Below, piece by piece: positions 17,752 through 27,894 of a stretch of DNA of 64,000 nt. The notes beneath the pieces were generated by a model. That model did not search any database. It was given only the letters and a program-made list of their open reading frames with translations, and was not told where the DNA came from. Both the position numbers and the translations under genes were made by a program. The stretch lies in the IMG/VR virus record IMGVR_UViG_3300043418_000072, positions 124,001 through 188,000 of that record; one strand, given 5' to 3'. Each line of letters begins with the position of its first letter. Position 1 is the stretch's first letter.

Positions 17752-18954
17752 TTACCAGGTAGTCAATGCACTACGCTTCCAAGTATTGGTTGCAGTGCAT
17801 ACATAGATATAGCCGGTGTCGTATGCAATCTGCCCTTTTACGCCTGCGCTTGATGCAGTGGACGGAGCAGTGCCGGTAGCAACAATTAGGTTAGCAACTG
17901 AAGTAGTTACACCGACTGTAAATGTACCGCTGTTTAGAGTGTTACCATGGAAACGAGCAACTTCGGCATTAGCAAAGAAGCTACCAGATGCAATAACAAC
18001 GTCGTTATATGAACCAGCATTGCTGGTACCTAATACCAAGTTACCACCAAAGCTGCTGCTTTCTGGTTTGGTAATCAAGTAACCGTCGTTTTTCTTAGTG
18101 ATAGTATAGTTACTGTCGGAGAAGTTATTGCCAGTGAATCCCATGTCAACCCAACCACCGGCGTCGCTGCCTGCAGAGCTATATGCTGCAAAGTCTGCGC
18201 TACCAGTATTGGTGTTGTTGAACAATGCAACTTGTGCATAGTTAACACCTGCATCAACAGCAACAATAGTTGGGGTAATTAGTGTGCGAGTAGTTGCATC
18301 TGGACCAATATATAGGTTTTGTGAGCTAATAACAACGTTACCAGTAACAGTTAAGTTACCGTGTACTTTGTTGGCATCACGAGTCATGTCAATAACAAAG
18401 TAGCTGGCACCGTTATCGCTGCTGATAAACTCATACAAGTAATCGCCGGTAGCATCAAACGTAATAACGTTAGCAACATCGCCTGCAATTTCGCTTGGGA
18501 AACCTAGAGTAGCTTGCACTGGTAATGTTAGAGTGTATGCAGTACTAGTAACGCTAACCCAAAGGATTAATCGTCCCATAACACCAGTTGCTGGCCAGTT
18601 ATTGAAACCAACTGTTAAGCTACCACCAGTGGTAATACGTTGGTAGTTACCTTGGTTATAGTCTACAGTTTGGCTACCTAGCAAGGAACCGTTGTTGTAA
18701 AATGTTTCGCTAAATGCAGTTAACTGAGCATGGTTCAGGGTAGTACCACTTGCGCTCAAATCATTGCTTAGGGTTGTGTTGTTTAGTGCAGATTTTAGCA
18801 ATACTTTAGATTGCAGATCTTCTAATTCGCTTTTAACGAAAGCAAAGTTATTGCGAGTATTGGTAAAATTATCGCGAAAACCTTGACTGTCGTTATCTTG
18901 GCCGGCTACGGGATACGTACCGTCAATGTTAAATGGATTAACTTGGCTTGTCAT
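17752..18954 (-). CDS. Virion/tail-associated protein
   Basis: T/G/N/S-rich beta composition; C-terminal GQIAYDTGYIYVCTATNTWKR; ATAAATA at 18988-18994. Confidence 0.65.
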   Translation of the reverse strand: MTSQVNPFNIDGTYPVAGQDNDSQGFRDNFTNTRNNFAFVKSELEDLQSKVLLKSALNNTTLSNDLSASGTTLNHAQLTAFSETFYNNGSLLGSQTVDYNQGNYQRITTGGSLTVGFNNWPATGVMGRLILWVSVTSTAYTLTLPVQATLGFPSEIAGDVANVITFDATGDYLYEFISSDNGASYFVIDMTRDANKVHGNLTVTGNVVISSQNLYIGPDATTRTLITPTIVAVDAGVNYAQVALFNNTNTGSADFAAYSSAGSDAGGWVDMGFTGNNFSDSNYTITKKNDGYLITKPESSSFGGNLVLGTSNAGSYNDVVIASGSFFANAEVARFHGNTLNSGTFTVGVTTSVANLIVATGTAPSTASSAGVKGQIAYDTGYIYVCTATNTWKRSALTTW

Positions 18955-21389
18955 TATTTAAAAACTCCGTGTTGTGTGAACATAATATATTTATCGCCGG
19001 ATTCCGGTTCGGCGTAATTGTCTCTACTGCTATAGAATCTAGTATCGTTGCCATCGAAAATGGTACGTACTGCGCTAAATCCACTAAAATCAAACGTAGT
19101 TTCTGCACTTGGGATAAATGCGTTAGTGGCAGTGTTGTAGTTGCTGATCATACCAGCATCAATTTGATAACGATCTGCAATAAATTGGATGTTATTAAAT
19201 GTAATTTGGTTGTTGTTTAGGCGATACGCAATTAACTTAGATGCGCCGGGTACAGTGTATGCTAGCACCACTGATCTAGTTAATCCTAATACTCGCCCAT
19301 CTTCTTGCGGGCTAGTCATCCAGTCTGGTAATGCGCCTCGATTGCTATAACCAACCCCATTTGCCAATCTATAAGTCATATTGCTAAAACTATTAGGGTA
19401 GACTGTGTGGTATATGTTGTTGTAATAATGACTAATTGCTGGCTCTTGGCTAATTGCTGCGCCAGCATTAGTGTCTTCAATTTCGATGTATACAACTTCG
19501 TACTTGGTGTTAAACTTTGCATCAACTGCTCTAGCAGTTTTAATCTTACCAAAGTTAATTTTCTTATTGTAATGGTTATGCTGGATAGCATTAGCAAAAG
19601 TGCTTAGATCGCTTGCAGTTAGGCCTGGTACAAAAAGCATTTTAATGTCTTTAGCCTTGCCGAACCATGGATCCATTGGGCGATAAATTAGTTCGTCTGG
19701 GAAAATGTCGGTATTGCTAATGATACTATCAAACGTGCGGCGTTGGTCGATGCTTGGCAATGCCTTTAGATACACGTTTTCGTATGGAGCTCGGTTGTAG
19801 TTGTTAACTGCAATCGTAAACTCTTTAGTCGCTGATGCAGTTTGGTCAGCAGTTACGGCATTTACAGTAAACTTAAAGGTGCTGTCAAACGTAGTTTTAT
19901 TCTTATCAATTGAAGTGGTACTACTTAGACTAGTTGTTCGTGTAATTACTTCGACGCTGTGGATTAAATCCACGAATGTGATTTGTGTACCTTCAGTGAC
20001 ATAAATGGCCGGTTGAATCTCTACTGTATGCGCATCAATTAATTGAGTGACAGTACATCCGCTAGCAACGCCCGGACCTTCAACAGTCATGCCAACTACA
20101 ATAGCAGTGGCATCTTCGACTGATATCTTGCTACTGTGACCATCAATGCCAAAGTATTGGAAGGTTGCACGGCCGATGATCTCGCCGGTGTCCAGCATTT
20201 TTAGACCTTGCGGTAGTCGATCACTTGGTAAGTCTAACTTAGTGTACTTGATGTCTTTACCTAAGTTACTGATTGCAGAAATTTTAAACTCACTCGTAGT
20301 ACCATTGATGATACTACCTAGTGTACTTGGGCTTGCCCATGTGATGTAGTTGCTGGAATCTCTAACGGTGGTAATGTTAACCTGCACAGGAACGCTAACA
20401 TACGTAGGTTTGTCTCGTTTGTATGCAGTTACATTAAATGTATATGTCTTTTGTTCTTCAGTTTGAATTGGAATCGTGCCAGACACCCATCCGGTTACAC
20501 TACTAATTGTTAAACCGTTTGGTAATCCTGCGTTAGCTGACCAATACACCACGTCGTCTTCTGGATCAATGGCATCAAACTTAAAACTAAACTTGCTGCC
20601 CTCTTCTAGAACTGGGATATTTGATGGATCAGTAATAATAACCGGAACATACTTGTTATCAGCATCAACTGATAGTGAAGTGTTGTTGATAATGGTGATA
20701 TTGTTGTCAGCAGTATAATTACCCTTACTTACAATAGCAATAGTAACAGGTACAGTATCGTATGAGTACCCATCTGTTACTTGAATTTCAAAACTGTAAA
20801 CCTTGTCCTTGCTACCAGCACTAAAGTCGAACGGGAAAGAGTCATCTGCTTCGACGCCGTAACCTGCGGTACCGCTAGTGGTGTCAATTAGTCGTGCAAT
20901 GTGCCCTTCAAGTAAACCAGTCTGGCTTAGAGTAATTGGTTGCCCTGTTCTAATATCAATTGGCAGGGATCCGCTGATAACAGTCCACGTTAGCTTTGCG
21001 CCTGGATTATCTGTTACCGCTTGGAATTGGTAGGAAATAAGTTTGCCATCGTCAAACGCACCAAGGCTTAGACTACGTGGCTCGATGGTTAATACACTTT
21101 GGTTAGTGATTACCAAGCTAAATGTTCTATCAGCAATATTTCCGCTAGTGTTAGCAGCTCTAATAGAGAACACGTAGGTTGCAGAATTTCCGCTAACAGT
21201 TCCGGTAATAGTTGGTACACCCTTAACTACACCGTCAGCTGTGACATACATACCCGGAGGCATAGAGCCTGACAGGTGTATGTATGTTAATGGCCCAGTA
21301 TTGAGATCAGTTGCACTTAGCACGATCTCATTGAAATCGAGCTCTTTAAGAGTACCTAGTCGACCAGCTGGTGTGTTCCAAACAATCAT
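18954..21389 (-). CDS. Structural protein with Ig/cadherin-like repeats (baseplate/tail)
   Basis: Repeated LPxGL.L...G.I.G modules. Confidence 0.7.
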   Translation of the reverse strand: MIVWNTPAGRLGTLKELDFNEIVLSATDLNTGPLTYIHLSGSMPPGMYVTADGVVKGVPTITGTVSGNSATYVFSIRAANTSGNIADRTFSLVITNQSVLTIEPRSLSLGAFDDGKLISYQFQAVTDNPGAKLTWTVISGSLPIDIRTGQPITLSQTGLLEGHIARLIDTTSGTAGYGVEADDSFPFDFSAGSKDKVYSFEIQVTDGYSYDTVPVTIAIVSKGNYTADNNITIINNTSLSVDADNKYVPVIITDPSNIPVLEEGSKFSFKFDAIDPEDDVVYWSANAGLPNGLTISSVTGWVSGTIPIQTEEQKTYTFNVTAYKRDKPTYVSVPVQVNITTVRDSSNYITWASPSTLGSIINGTTSEFKISAISNLGKDIKYTKLDLPSDRLPQGLKMLDTGEIIGRATFQYFGIDGHSSKISVEDATAIVVGMTVEGPGVASGCTVTQLIDAHTVEIQPAIYVTEGTQITFVDLIHSVEVITRTTSLSSTTSIDKNKTTFDSTFKFTVNAVTADQTASATKEFTIAVNNYNRAPYENVYLKALPSIDQRRTFDSIISNTDIFPDELIYRPMDPWFGKAKDIKMLFVPGLTASDLSTFANAIQHNHYNKKINFGKIKTARAVDAKFNTKYEVVYIEIEDTNAGAAISQEPAISHYYNNIYHTVYPNSFSNMTYRLANGVGYSNRGALPDWMTSPQEDGRVLGLTRSVVLAYTVPGASKLIAYRLNNNQITFNNIQFIADRYQIDAGMISNYNTATNAFIPSAETTFDFSGFSAVRTIFDGNDTRFYSSRDNYAEPESGDKYIMFTQHGVFK

Positions 21390-23677
21390 TATAGTATTAC
21401 CGCTTCAATTTGGCCAATGCCATCATTTTCTTTATTGTTAAGTGCCTTAGCAAATACCGCAGGACCATATGTCTTATCGTTACCAACACTTACTGCACAT
21501 CCCGGTGTGGTACTTGTAACAAGCAAATCACCTTTGGCGACCTTGCCAATTACATTAACTGGAATACGTCCACGCAATGCAATAGCAACACCATCTAGTT
21601 CAGCATTCATCAAGTAAGCTGGATCGGTTGTAACTGCACCAGCAACTCTAGAGTCTGCAAATTCAGTGGCAACGGTAACTTCTTGTGTGCCACCAAATAC
21701 TAACACAGTACCTGGAGCATAGTCGCTGTCGCTTGTGTACTTTTCTGCCAAGTCGGCGTATTTGGCTTGACTTGACACACCGTAGATATTGTTAAACCAT
21801 GCAGTTGGGCTACCTAAGTTAACAGTGGCGTTACCAGTAGGAACAATCGCTGCACTTACGTTAATGCCAGCAAATGTAGGAGCTGCGCTAGTACGGATAT
21901 CTTGTGGGGTAGCCAAGGTTACTGTGCTACCGCTTACGGTTGCAGTAACACCGCTGGTGCCAGCAAATGTTAATGATCCGTTAGCTGCACCTGTACCGCT
22001 TGTGCCTGTGAGTGGCAAGTTAATAACTTGTGCAGCAATCGATGTTGCACGTCCTTTGCTGTCCACAGTGACCACAGGATAGTATGTAAGGTTACCATAT
22101 GTACCAGCGGTTACACCAGTTGCAGTTAAACTAACACCTACGCTAGGTCCACTTGGGATGTTAGCAGTGATATCTGCGGTGTTAGCAATCGCAGTTGATA
22201 CAAATGGCGCACCGTTAGCAAAGCCAATATTATTAGCATACAGTCCGTTTGTGTATACGTTACCGCTTACACCAATGCCCCCGGCTACAATTACTGCACC
22301 AGTTGTTAAGTTTGCACTTGCTGTGGTGTTGTTAATTTGTAAACGAGTAAATGTACCAGATCCTGGGCCCTGGTCGCCAATACTGATAAAGTTACCAATA
22401 CTAGATCCGTACACACCAATTGGCGTGTTGTTGATACTACCACCTACATACAAGTTACCAGCAATACCAACACCACCCTTGACAACAAGAGCACCGGTAG
22501 TAATACCAACGCTGTTAGTTGTTGCGCCAGCAACAATGTTACCGCTTGCGTTTATAATACCAGTAGATGTAATGGTAGTAAATGCCCCTGTGTTAACAGT
22601 GCCGGTTCCAATCGGAGCGTTAACACTACCTGCGTATACTGCACCACTAATACCGGCACCACCATTGACTACTAAGGCACCAGTGGTTGTACCGGTGCTT
22701 GCAACTTGGCTATTGGCAAAGATATTACCACGAGCTTCTACCACAGCATTGAATAGAGTGTATCCAGGTACAGTACCACCAGTAAATGATGCGGCTGATG
22801 TAGCAACTGCGGACCCGTTAATATAAATGGTGTCAGAACCACTAAAATACAAACTACCAAGAACTGAGCCAGATACAGATAAGTTGGCTACGTTGGCTTG
22901 GGTACCATATACGTTACCTAAGAAGTTGGTTGCAGCGATATTACCAGCAGCCGCAATGCCACCTCGGGTCACAATAGCGCCAGTGGTGGTGTTAGTAGTT
23001 GCGGTGGTGTTAGTAACAAACAAGCTACCCACTTTGACGTTACCGTAAGTTCCGCTGAAAGTGTTGCCCGCCGACTCAATACCGTCTGCGTAAAACTCTA
23101 ATGCCTGGCTATCATTGGCCCAAACAAGGGCAGCATGTTTATCCGAAGTCTTGTAGTAGTGAAACTTTAAGCCAATATCCTTGCCGTCATCGAACGTCAA
23201 TGGGTCAAGGCCGGTGGTGTGCAAGTTAATCAAGCTATCTTGTACGGCTAAGTCTGCAGAACTAACAGTTACAGAGTTACCAAGGACAGTCAAGTTGCCA
23301 CCAATTACCACGTTTCTAGTGACTTGGATATCGTTGGTGACGTTTAGACTGTCTTGTACATAGGTGTTGCCAGTGGAAGTGATTCTACTAGCAACAAATG
23401 CGTTATTAACTGTTAAATTGGCAATTTGTGCATTGCCTGCAATGTTTGCGGTACTGTAAACTTCTAAGGTGTCGGTTACTGTTGGGCCAAGACTTGTTAA
23501 TAACAAGTTAGCTTGAATGTAAGTGCCGCTGTAAACAACGCCAAAATTACCAGTACTGATTCTGGCATCAATGTTGCTGAAGTTACTATTTACAGTAGTA
23601 AATGCTGTGCGAATTGCATCGCCTGTTCCGTCGTTTGCAACGGCGCCTGTGTTTACGAATCTTACGTCTGAACTCAT
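21389..23677 (-). CDS. Tail fibre-like protein with gp9/gp10-type N-terminus and intramolecular-chaperone-like C-terminus
   Basis: VNTGAVANDGTGDAIR; GALVVxGGxGI repeats; YADLAEKY...GTVLVFGG. Confidence 0.75.
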   Translation of the reverse strand: MSSDVRFVNTGAVANDGTGDAIRTAFTTVNSNFSNIDARISTGNFGVVYSGTYIQANLLLTSLGPTVTDTLEVYSTANIAGNAQIANLTVNNAFVASRITSTGNTYVQDSLNVTNDIQVTRNVVIGGNLTVLGNSVTVSSADLAVQDSLINLHTTGLDPLTFDDGKDIGLKFHYYKTSDKHAALVWANDSQALEFYADGIESAGNTFSGTYGNVKVGSLFVTNTTATTNTTTGAIVTRGGIAAAGNIAATNFLGNVYGTQANVANLSVSGSVLGSLYFSGSDTIYINGSAVATSAASFTGGTVPGYTLFNAVVEARGNIFANSQVASTGTTTGALVVNGGAGISGAVYAGSVNAPIGTGTVNTGAFTTITSTGIINASGNIVAGATTNSVGITTGALVVKGGVGIAGNLYVGGSINNTPIGVYGSSIGNFISIGDQGPGSGTFTRLQINNTTASANLTTGAVIVAGGIGVSGNVYTNGLYANNIGFANGAPFVSTAIANTADITANIPSGPSVGVSLTATGVTAGTYGNLTYYPVVTVDSKGRATSIAAQVINLPLTGTSGTGAANGSLTFAGTSGVTATVSGSTVTLATPQDIRTSAAPTFAGINVSAAIVPTGNATVNLGSPTAWFNNIYGVSSQAKYADLAEKYTSDSDYAPGTVLVFGGTQEVTVATEFADSRVAGAVTTDPAYLMNAELDGVAIALRGRIPVNVIGKVAKGDLLVTSTTPGCAVSVGNDKTYGPAVFAKALNNKENDGIGQIEAVIL

Positions 23678-23742
23678 GTTGTGGTATCCATACTATATGA
23701 GTATTTACCAAAACATGTACAACCCCAATATCGGGCTATATG

Positions 23743-24282
23743 TTACATACGTCTATTAATAGCGTCCCAGTCCATAATTCGCCAAATGCTGTCCAGGTAT
23801 TTTGCTTTGTTTGTGCTGTAGTCGTTGGTGTAGGCATGTTCCCACATATCAACTAACAGTGCAATGTCTGTGCGTTTAGTGTGATTACGTATAGTTTTAA
23901 TTGCGCCGCTCTTGCTTAGATAAATCCAGCCAGAGCCTTGCATCTTTAATGCTTCTTCTTTGAAGTTCTTTTTAAAATCCACAAATGATGTGTGGTGACG
24001 ATTGATTAGATCTAAGATATGCCCTTTAGGTGCAATAGAACGCGGGGCTCTGAACTGACTAAAGAATATACCATGTAGATAGGCCCCTGCTTCGTTGAAG
24101 CTTTTGTCGCCCTCGCCTTTGTTGTATCGATCTACGTAACCCTTGTATAGTTTCCCGTAATGTGTGTCAATAGTGGCGCTGCTCATAACTGGTGAGAGTG
24201 CAGTGTGACTGTAGGGCAGTTTGATCTGCTCTAATTCGGTTGGCGATTCTAATAGAGTTAAGGTATTACGGATGGAGTGCAT
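23743..24282 (-). CDS. sod: Fe/Mn superoxide dismutase
   Basis: LPYSHTAL, TH, YLHG, GSGW, DMWEHAY; ATAAATA at 24287-24293. Confidence 0.9.
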   Translation of the reverse strand: MHSIRNTLTLLESPTELEQIKLPYSHTALSPVMSSATIDTHYGKLYKGYVDRYNKGEGDKSFNEAGAYLHGIFFSQFRAPRSIAPKGHILDLINRHHTSFVDFKKNFKEEALKMQGSGWIYLSKSGAIKTIRNHTKRTDIALLVDMWEHAYTNDYSTNKAKYLDSIWRIMDWDAINRRM

Positions 24283-24285
24283 TAC

Positions 24286-24507
24286 TTATTTATTGCGATA
24301 CACTACACGCCCACGATCCATGTCATATGGGCTCATTTCAATTTCTACGCTGTCGCCGAGCAAGATGCGAATATTGTTTTTGCGTAGTCTACCGCCAATG
24401 GTTGCGGTAATGGTATGCTTGTTTTCAAGCACAATTCTAAACATAGCGTTGGGTAGAACTTCTTCTACTTTACCGGCCATGCGAATAATGTCGTCTGATT
24501 TTGCCAT
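24286..24507 (-). CDS. infA: Translation initiation factor IF-1
   Basis: [32 protein letters not shown]. Confidence 0.95.
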   Translation of the reverse strand: MAKSDDIIRMAGKVEEVLPNAMFRIVLENKHTITATIGGRLRKNNIRILLGDSVEIEMSPYDMDRGRVVYRNK

Positions 24508-24548
24508 GGTGTTTTCTGCGTTATCCTTTCGTTATGTACGCTGTTTAC

Positions 24549-24824
24549 TTATGCCAAAGGTTTGGCAGTTAGTTTAATAAACATGAACTTTTTCATATGT
24601 TTTTCGCTGCTAGTAATATAACCCACTGGATAAACTGCCCGGCGATCCTTGACTACTTTAACCCCACCCCCAGGCCCTTGGCGCCATATTACATCACTGC
24701 ATTGAACTGCGTCATGGTATGATCTAGTAGCATACTTGTGATCCGGAGAATTAAACCAGTAAACTCCACGCGGGCGTCCGGGCCTATCCCAATTGACTTC
24801 GCAGTAATATTGATAATTAACCAC
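24549..24824 (-). CDS. Hypothetical protein
   Basis: Start moved to GTG overlapping upstream stop. Confidence 0.55.
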   Translation of the reverse strand: MVNYQYYCEVNWDRPGRPRGVYWFNSPDHKYATRSYHDAVQCSDVIWRQGPGGGVKVVKDRRAVYPVGYITSSEKHMKKFMFIKLTAKPLA

Positions 24825-25212
24825 GGCGCATACGGCTGATTTCCACAGCTTCTTCGTCGCTAAACACTGGCACCGCGTTGCTCTTGTGCATAGTAGCAAT
24901 ACCTTTTACTTTTGTGCCTGTGTAGACTTTTGCTGGAGCCAGCGTAGCAACACCTGCGCCTGAGTTCAAACTTGGGATACGTGGTCCGGTGTCCCGCCCG
25001 CTTGGGGCACTTAGCTTGTAATTCAATGGCTCGGCCTTGAGCGCACGTTGGCGGCGCTTTTCTTCAAGCTCTGCACCTTGACGTTTGAGCAGATCTTTCC
25101 ATTCCTTATCCAGTTGCTCAAACTCGCGTTTGGCCTCTGCGCTTTTAAATTTCATCTTACCCCGCTTTTTGCCAGTCATGCTGAGGCTAGGGTGGTGTAG
25201 GTGCATACTCAT
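24817..25212 (-). CDS. Conserved phage hypothetical protein
   Basis: C-terminal GIATMHKSNAVPVF. Confidence 0.7.
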   Translation of the reverse strand: MSMHLHHPSLSMTGKKRGKMKFKSAEAKREFEQLDKEWKDLLKRQGAELEEKRRQRALKAEPLNYKLSAPSGRDTGPRIPSLNSGAGVATLAPAKVYTGTKVKGIATMHKSNAVPVFSDEEAVEISRMRRG

Positions 25213-25610
25213 TTGATACGTCCAACAATATTGTTAACAGATTTTGACTCAAGCAGTGCAGCCAGTGGTGCGGCCTGCCAGTCCGGGGCACTGATGCTGC
25301 TTTGTCCTTCGTCAATAATAAAGATATGTGACGGAAACCTTGCTTTAATTTGTGCAATAATTTCCTCATCAGTGTGCCCTTGTCCTAAAAAGGCATCAGT
25401 GTCGTAGTCGAACCAGTAAATCATGTCGCCGTGTTTTTCTGGCTTAACTACGTGTATGAGTTTAGTAAGTTTGTCTTTAAGCTCTTCTTTTTCTTCTTCG
25501 ATCGAGGCAGAGCCTCTGGATACTGCACGGATGCAAAGGCTAAACACCAGCATCCAGAACATAAATTGCAAAAAGAAAACCACAAATTCAACAATCAAAT
25601 CTAATGTCAT
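25209..25610 (-). CDS. Membrane-anchored hypothetical protein
   Basis: N-terminal TM. Confidence 0.7.
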   Translation of the reverse strand: MTLDLIVEFVVFFLQFMFWMLVFSLCIRAVSRGSASIEEEKEELKDKLTKLIHVVKPEKHGDMIYWFDYDTDAFLGQGHTDEEIIAQIKARFPSHIFIIDEGQSSISAPDWQAAPLAALLESKSVNNIVGRIK

Positions 25611-25628
25611 TTTAACTCCAGTGTAGCA

Positions 25629-25657
25629 ATTATACTAGATAAATCATTATGGGTCAA
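25629..25657 (-). promoter_or_regulatory. sigma70-type early promoter
   Basis: TTGACC-17-TATAAT. Confidence 0.85.
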
Positions 25658-26499
25658 GTCCAAAGGCTTTTACGTAGCTTGATTAGCCGAATCATCATAT
25701 CTTCGTCCTCTTGCTCCCACTCTTGCTCAAGTTGATCAATAGTAGCACGGATAGCATCGTACTCTTGTTGCTCAGTGGCAGTAAGTTTACCGCGTCTACC
25801 ATTGCCCAAGGACCCCCATAACCAGTTATCCCCGTACTTGGTATCCATACGCACGTTAAAATCATCCCACCCAGATACTTCGTATGCAGCATTGTCAGTA
25901 CGCACACTGCGAATTTCCTTCCACCAGGTGTATAAGATCATGGTTTCACGGGCGGCTTGTGCTTGACTGTCACAACGTTCGGTTATATCCTTGTTAGGGT
26001 TGTCGAGATCGATCTCCCAACGCAAGTGGTCAAGGCCTGCTTGTGGGCAACGCCACTCTCCCCAATACGCCATACGAAATTTCTTCCACCATGGAATACT
26101 GTATTTTGCTCGATCTTCTTTAGCGCCCCATGCAACTGCGTGACTGGCCTTATCGATTTCAACAAAGTCCACAAGTTCACTAAAAAGTCCGTGCAAAATT
26201 CTAGTTTCGTACTCGTACCACTTACCGGGCTGTAGTCTAGTCTTTAGATAATGAGTTTTTGTGATCCAGCGATTTCGAAAGTAATAACGAACGTCATTGA
26301 TGGGGTCAATAGTCCATTTAGCAGGATACTCGACCCAGTCCGGGAGTACTTCAGTGAAGAAATATGCTACAGGTCGTTGTGCTTTCAATTCGGCTTCCCA
26401 TTTTTCAAATCCTCCCCATGGCAGGGCATATGGCTTGTCAATGTTAAGTTTGTTACGCAACCAGCTAACTAGTGCGCTGCTACTATAATGTCTGCTCAT
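25654..26499 (-). CDS. Trp-rich hypothetical protein
   Basis: 281-aa ORF. Confidence 0.8.
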   Translation of the reverse strand: MSRHYSSSALVSWLRNKLNIDKPYALPWGGFEKWEAELKAQRPVAYFFTEVLPDWVEYPAKWTIDPINDVRYYFRNRWITKTHYLKTRLQPGKWYEYETRILHGLFSELVDFVEIDKASHAVAWGAKEDRAKYSIPWWKKFRMAYWGEWRCPQAGLDHLRWEIDLDNPNKDITERCDSQAQAARETMILYTWWKEIRSVRTDNAAYEVSGWDDFNVRMDTKYGDNWLWGSLGNGRRGKLTATEQQEYDAIRATIDQLEQEWEQEDEDMMIRLIKLRKSLWT

Positions 26500-26773
26500 G
26501 TTGTTTACTCAGTATATCAAAAAGTGTGCCAATTTTAAAAACTGCTATATTGTCGGCAGGCTCCTCTACATCGAGTGCAGAGTGGAATTCTATTAGTGTG
26601 CGCATTGCAATCTGCCCAAATGAAATGCCAAACAGTTCAACCCATCTAGTTTTCATTAAGGACTTTGTTCCGTCAAATGTTGCATAGTAGCAATCATCAA
26701 TGATGTCGATACTAACTTTAACCCCGAGAGGTTTTAGTTTAGCTTTGCATTTATCAACAAATTCAAAATCCAT
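26483..26773 (-). CDS. Hypothetical protein
   Basis: TAATG-coupled; ends in TAG. Confidence 0.65.
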   Translation of the reverse strand: MDFEFVDKCKAKLKPLGVKVSIDIIDDCYYATFDGTKSLMKTRWVELFGISFGQIAMRTLIEFHSALDVEEPADNIAVFKIGTLFDILSKQHEQTL

Positions 26774-27039
26774 TAGGACCACTTTAGTGTAAACATCATT
26801 GCATCTTGCTCTCGCTTGAATGCAAAGTAACTGCCGACATTACGCCACTCGCTACTTTTGAGATTCTCGTAGCACCAGCGCTCTTGTTTATCTGTGGTCT
26901 CGGCTTTGACGTGGTACGGCCAATACTTCTTGTTTAGTACTCTCATGCGATGTTCCTCATCAATTTGGGCCCAAAATGCTCTGCTTCGTGGGCCTTCAAA
27001 ACAGCTTGGGTACATGCTGCTGATATCATTATCGATCAC
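26773..27039 (-). CDS. W-cassette; N-terminal PolB motif A-like peptide
   Basis: Ends FKREQDAMMFTLKWS; GTGA-coupled. Confidence 0.8.
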   Translation of the reverse strand: MIDNDISSMYPSCFEGPRSRAFWAQIDEEHRMRVLNKKYWPYHVKAETTDKQERWCYENLKSSEWRNVGSYFAFKREQDAMMFTLKWS

Positions 27040-27251
27040 GCCCATTTTAGTAGAAATGCAGTTATCTCTGCCCGTGTTTTAAACTTAAACGTGTCAAAGC
27101 TCGTGCGGCGCCCGTAGCCAACCTGATCACACCATTTTTGAACGGGATCCATGTCCTCTTCACGCAGGAAAGATTCGTAGCCCCGCGGAGCAACGGGCAT
27201 CGTTGCACGAAGCTGCTTACCCTCGCGTAGCCATTTGATCTTCTTTTCCAT
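27036..27251 (-). CDS. W-cassette
   Basis: Ends AFLLKWA. Confidence 0.8.
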   Translation of the reverse strand: MEKKIKWLREGKQLRATMPVAPRGYESFLREEDMDPVQKWCDQVGYGRRTSFDTFKFKTRAEITAFLLKWA

Positions 27252-27256
27252 GCTGT

Positions 27257-27285
27257 ATTATAGCATAACACCCAATTTAGGTCAA
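27257..27285 (-). promoter_or_regulatory. sigma70-type promoter inside array
   Basis: TTGACC-17-TATAAT; -35 overlaps a TGA stop. Confidence 0.8.
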
Positions 27286-27494
27286 CTCCAACGTAAGCAG
27301 AATAAAGTTAATACTTTTTCATTGGGTACTACCACTGTCATTCCTTGCACTTGGGAATCGGTTTCTTTACACCAGTCTGCCAAGTCTTGGTAGTGTGCGC
27401 TCCAGTACATAATGTCTGACAGAACAATTAGGTGGCCACCATTAAACCATGCGTCCGTTTGCTCAGACTGTGTTGGTAGTACGTAGCGTGAAAT
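27282..27494 (-). CDS. W-cassette (not in track; start uncertain)
   Basis: ...LADWCKETD...TLFCLRWS; no ATG/GTG/TTG at expected start. Confidence 0.6.
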   Translation of the reverse strand: MSRYVLPTQSEQTDAWFNGGHLIVLSDIMYWSAHYQDLADWCKETDSQVQGMTVVVPNEKVLTLFCLRWS

Positions 27495-27495
27495 A

Positions 27496-27894
27496 TTAGC
27501 CCCACTTCAGCACGAATGCTGTCCTATCTTCGGCTCGTTTAAAGCAATAACGGTAGTTAATTTTATCCCATATAAATTCAGGATGCTCGTTGGAGCAGCG
27601 TGGTCCGAATGTTTCTTCACACCATGCATCAACTTGTTCGTAATGCGCCTGGGTTCCTTTGATGTTCCAGAATGCTCCTGCAGACAGGGGCAATCGTGCC
27701 CAATACCATTCCACGATGTTGTTTTCGGTTGCATGACTAGCGGCTTCATCCACGTAAGTCTCCCCGGTTTCGAGTTCGATTCCCATATCCATATGCTGCA
27801 CACCAATGATGTCAGTTGCGATCATTGTGGGCATGACCTTACGGATCATTGGGATCAAGATTTTCATTTGATCGTTGATATTCTTATCAGTCAT
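27496..27894 (-). CDS. W-cassette; N-terminal major-capsid Gol-like peptide
   Basis: DAWCEETFGP, ends AFVLKWG. Confidence 0.8.
   Translation of the reverse strand: MTDKNINDQMKILIPMIRKVMPTMIATDIIGVQHMDMGIELETGETYVDEAASHATENNIVEWYWARLPLSAGAFWNIKGTQAHYEQVDAWCEETFGPRCSNEHPEFIWDKINYRYCFKRAEDRTAFVLKWG

Noticed and set aside
22158-22826. Plus-strand ORFs inside structural genes (also 42176..42877, 49430..49930, 36414..36845 and many short ones)
   Set aside because: Antisense shadows of well-supported minus-strand genes, with no RBS or motifs
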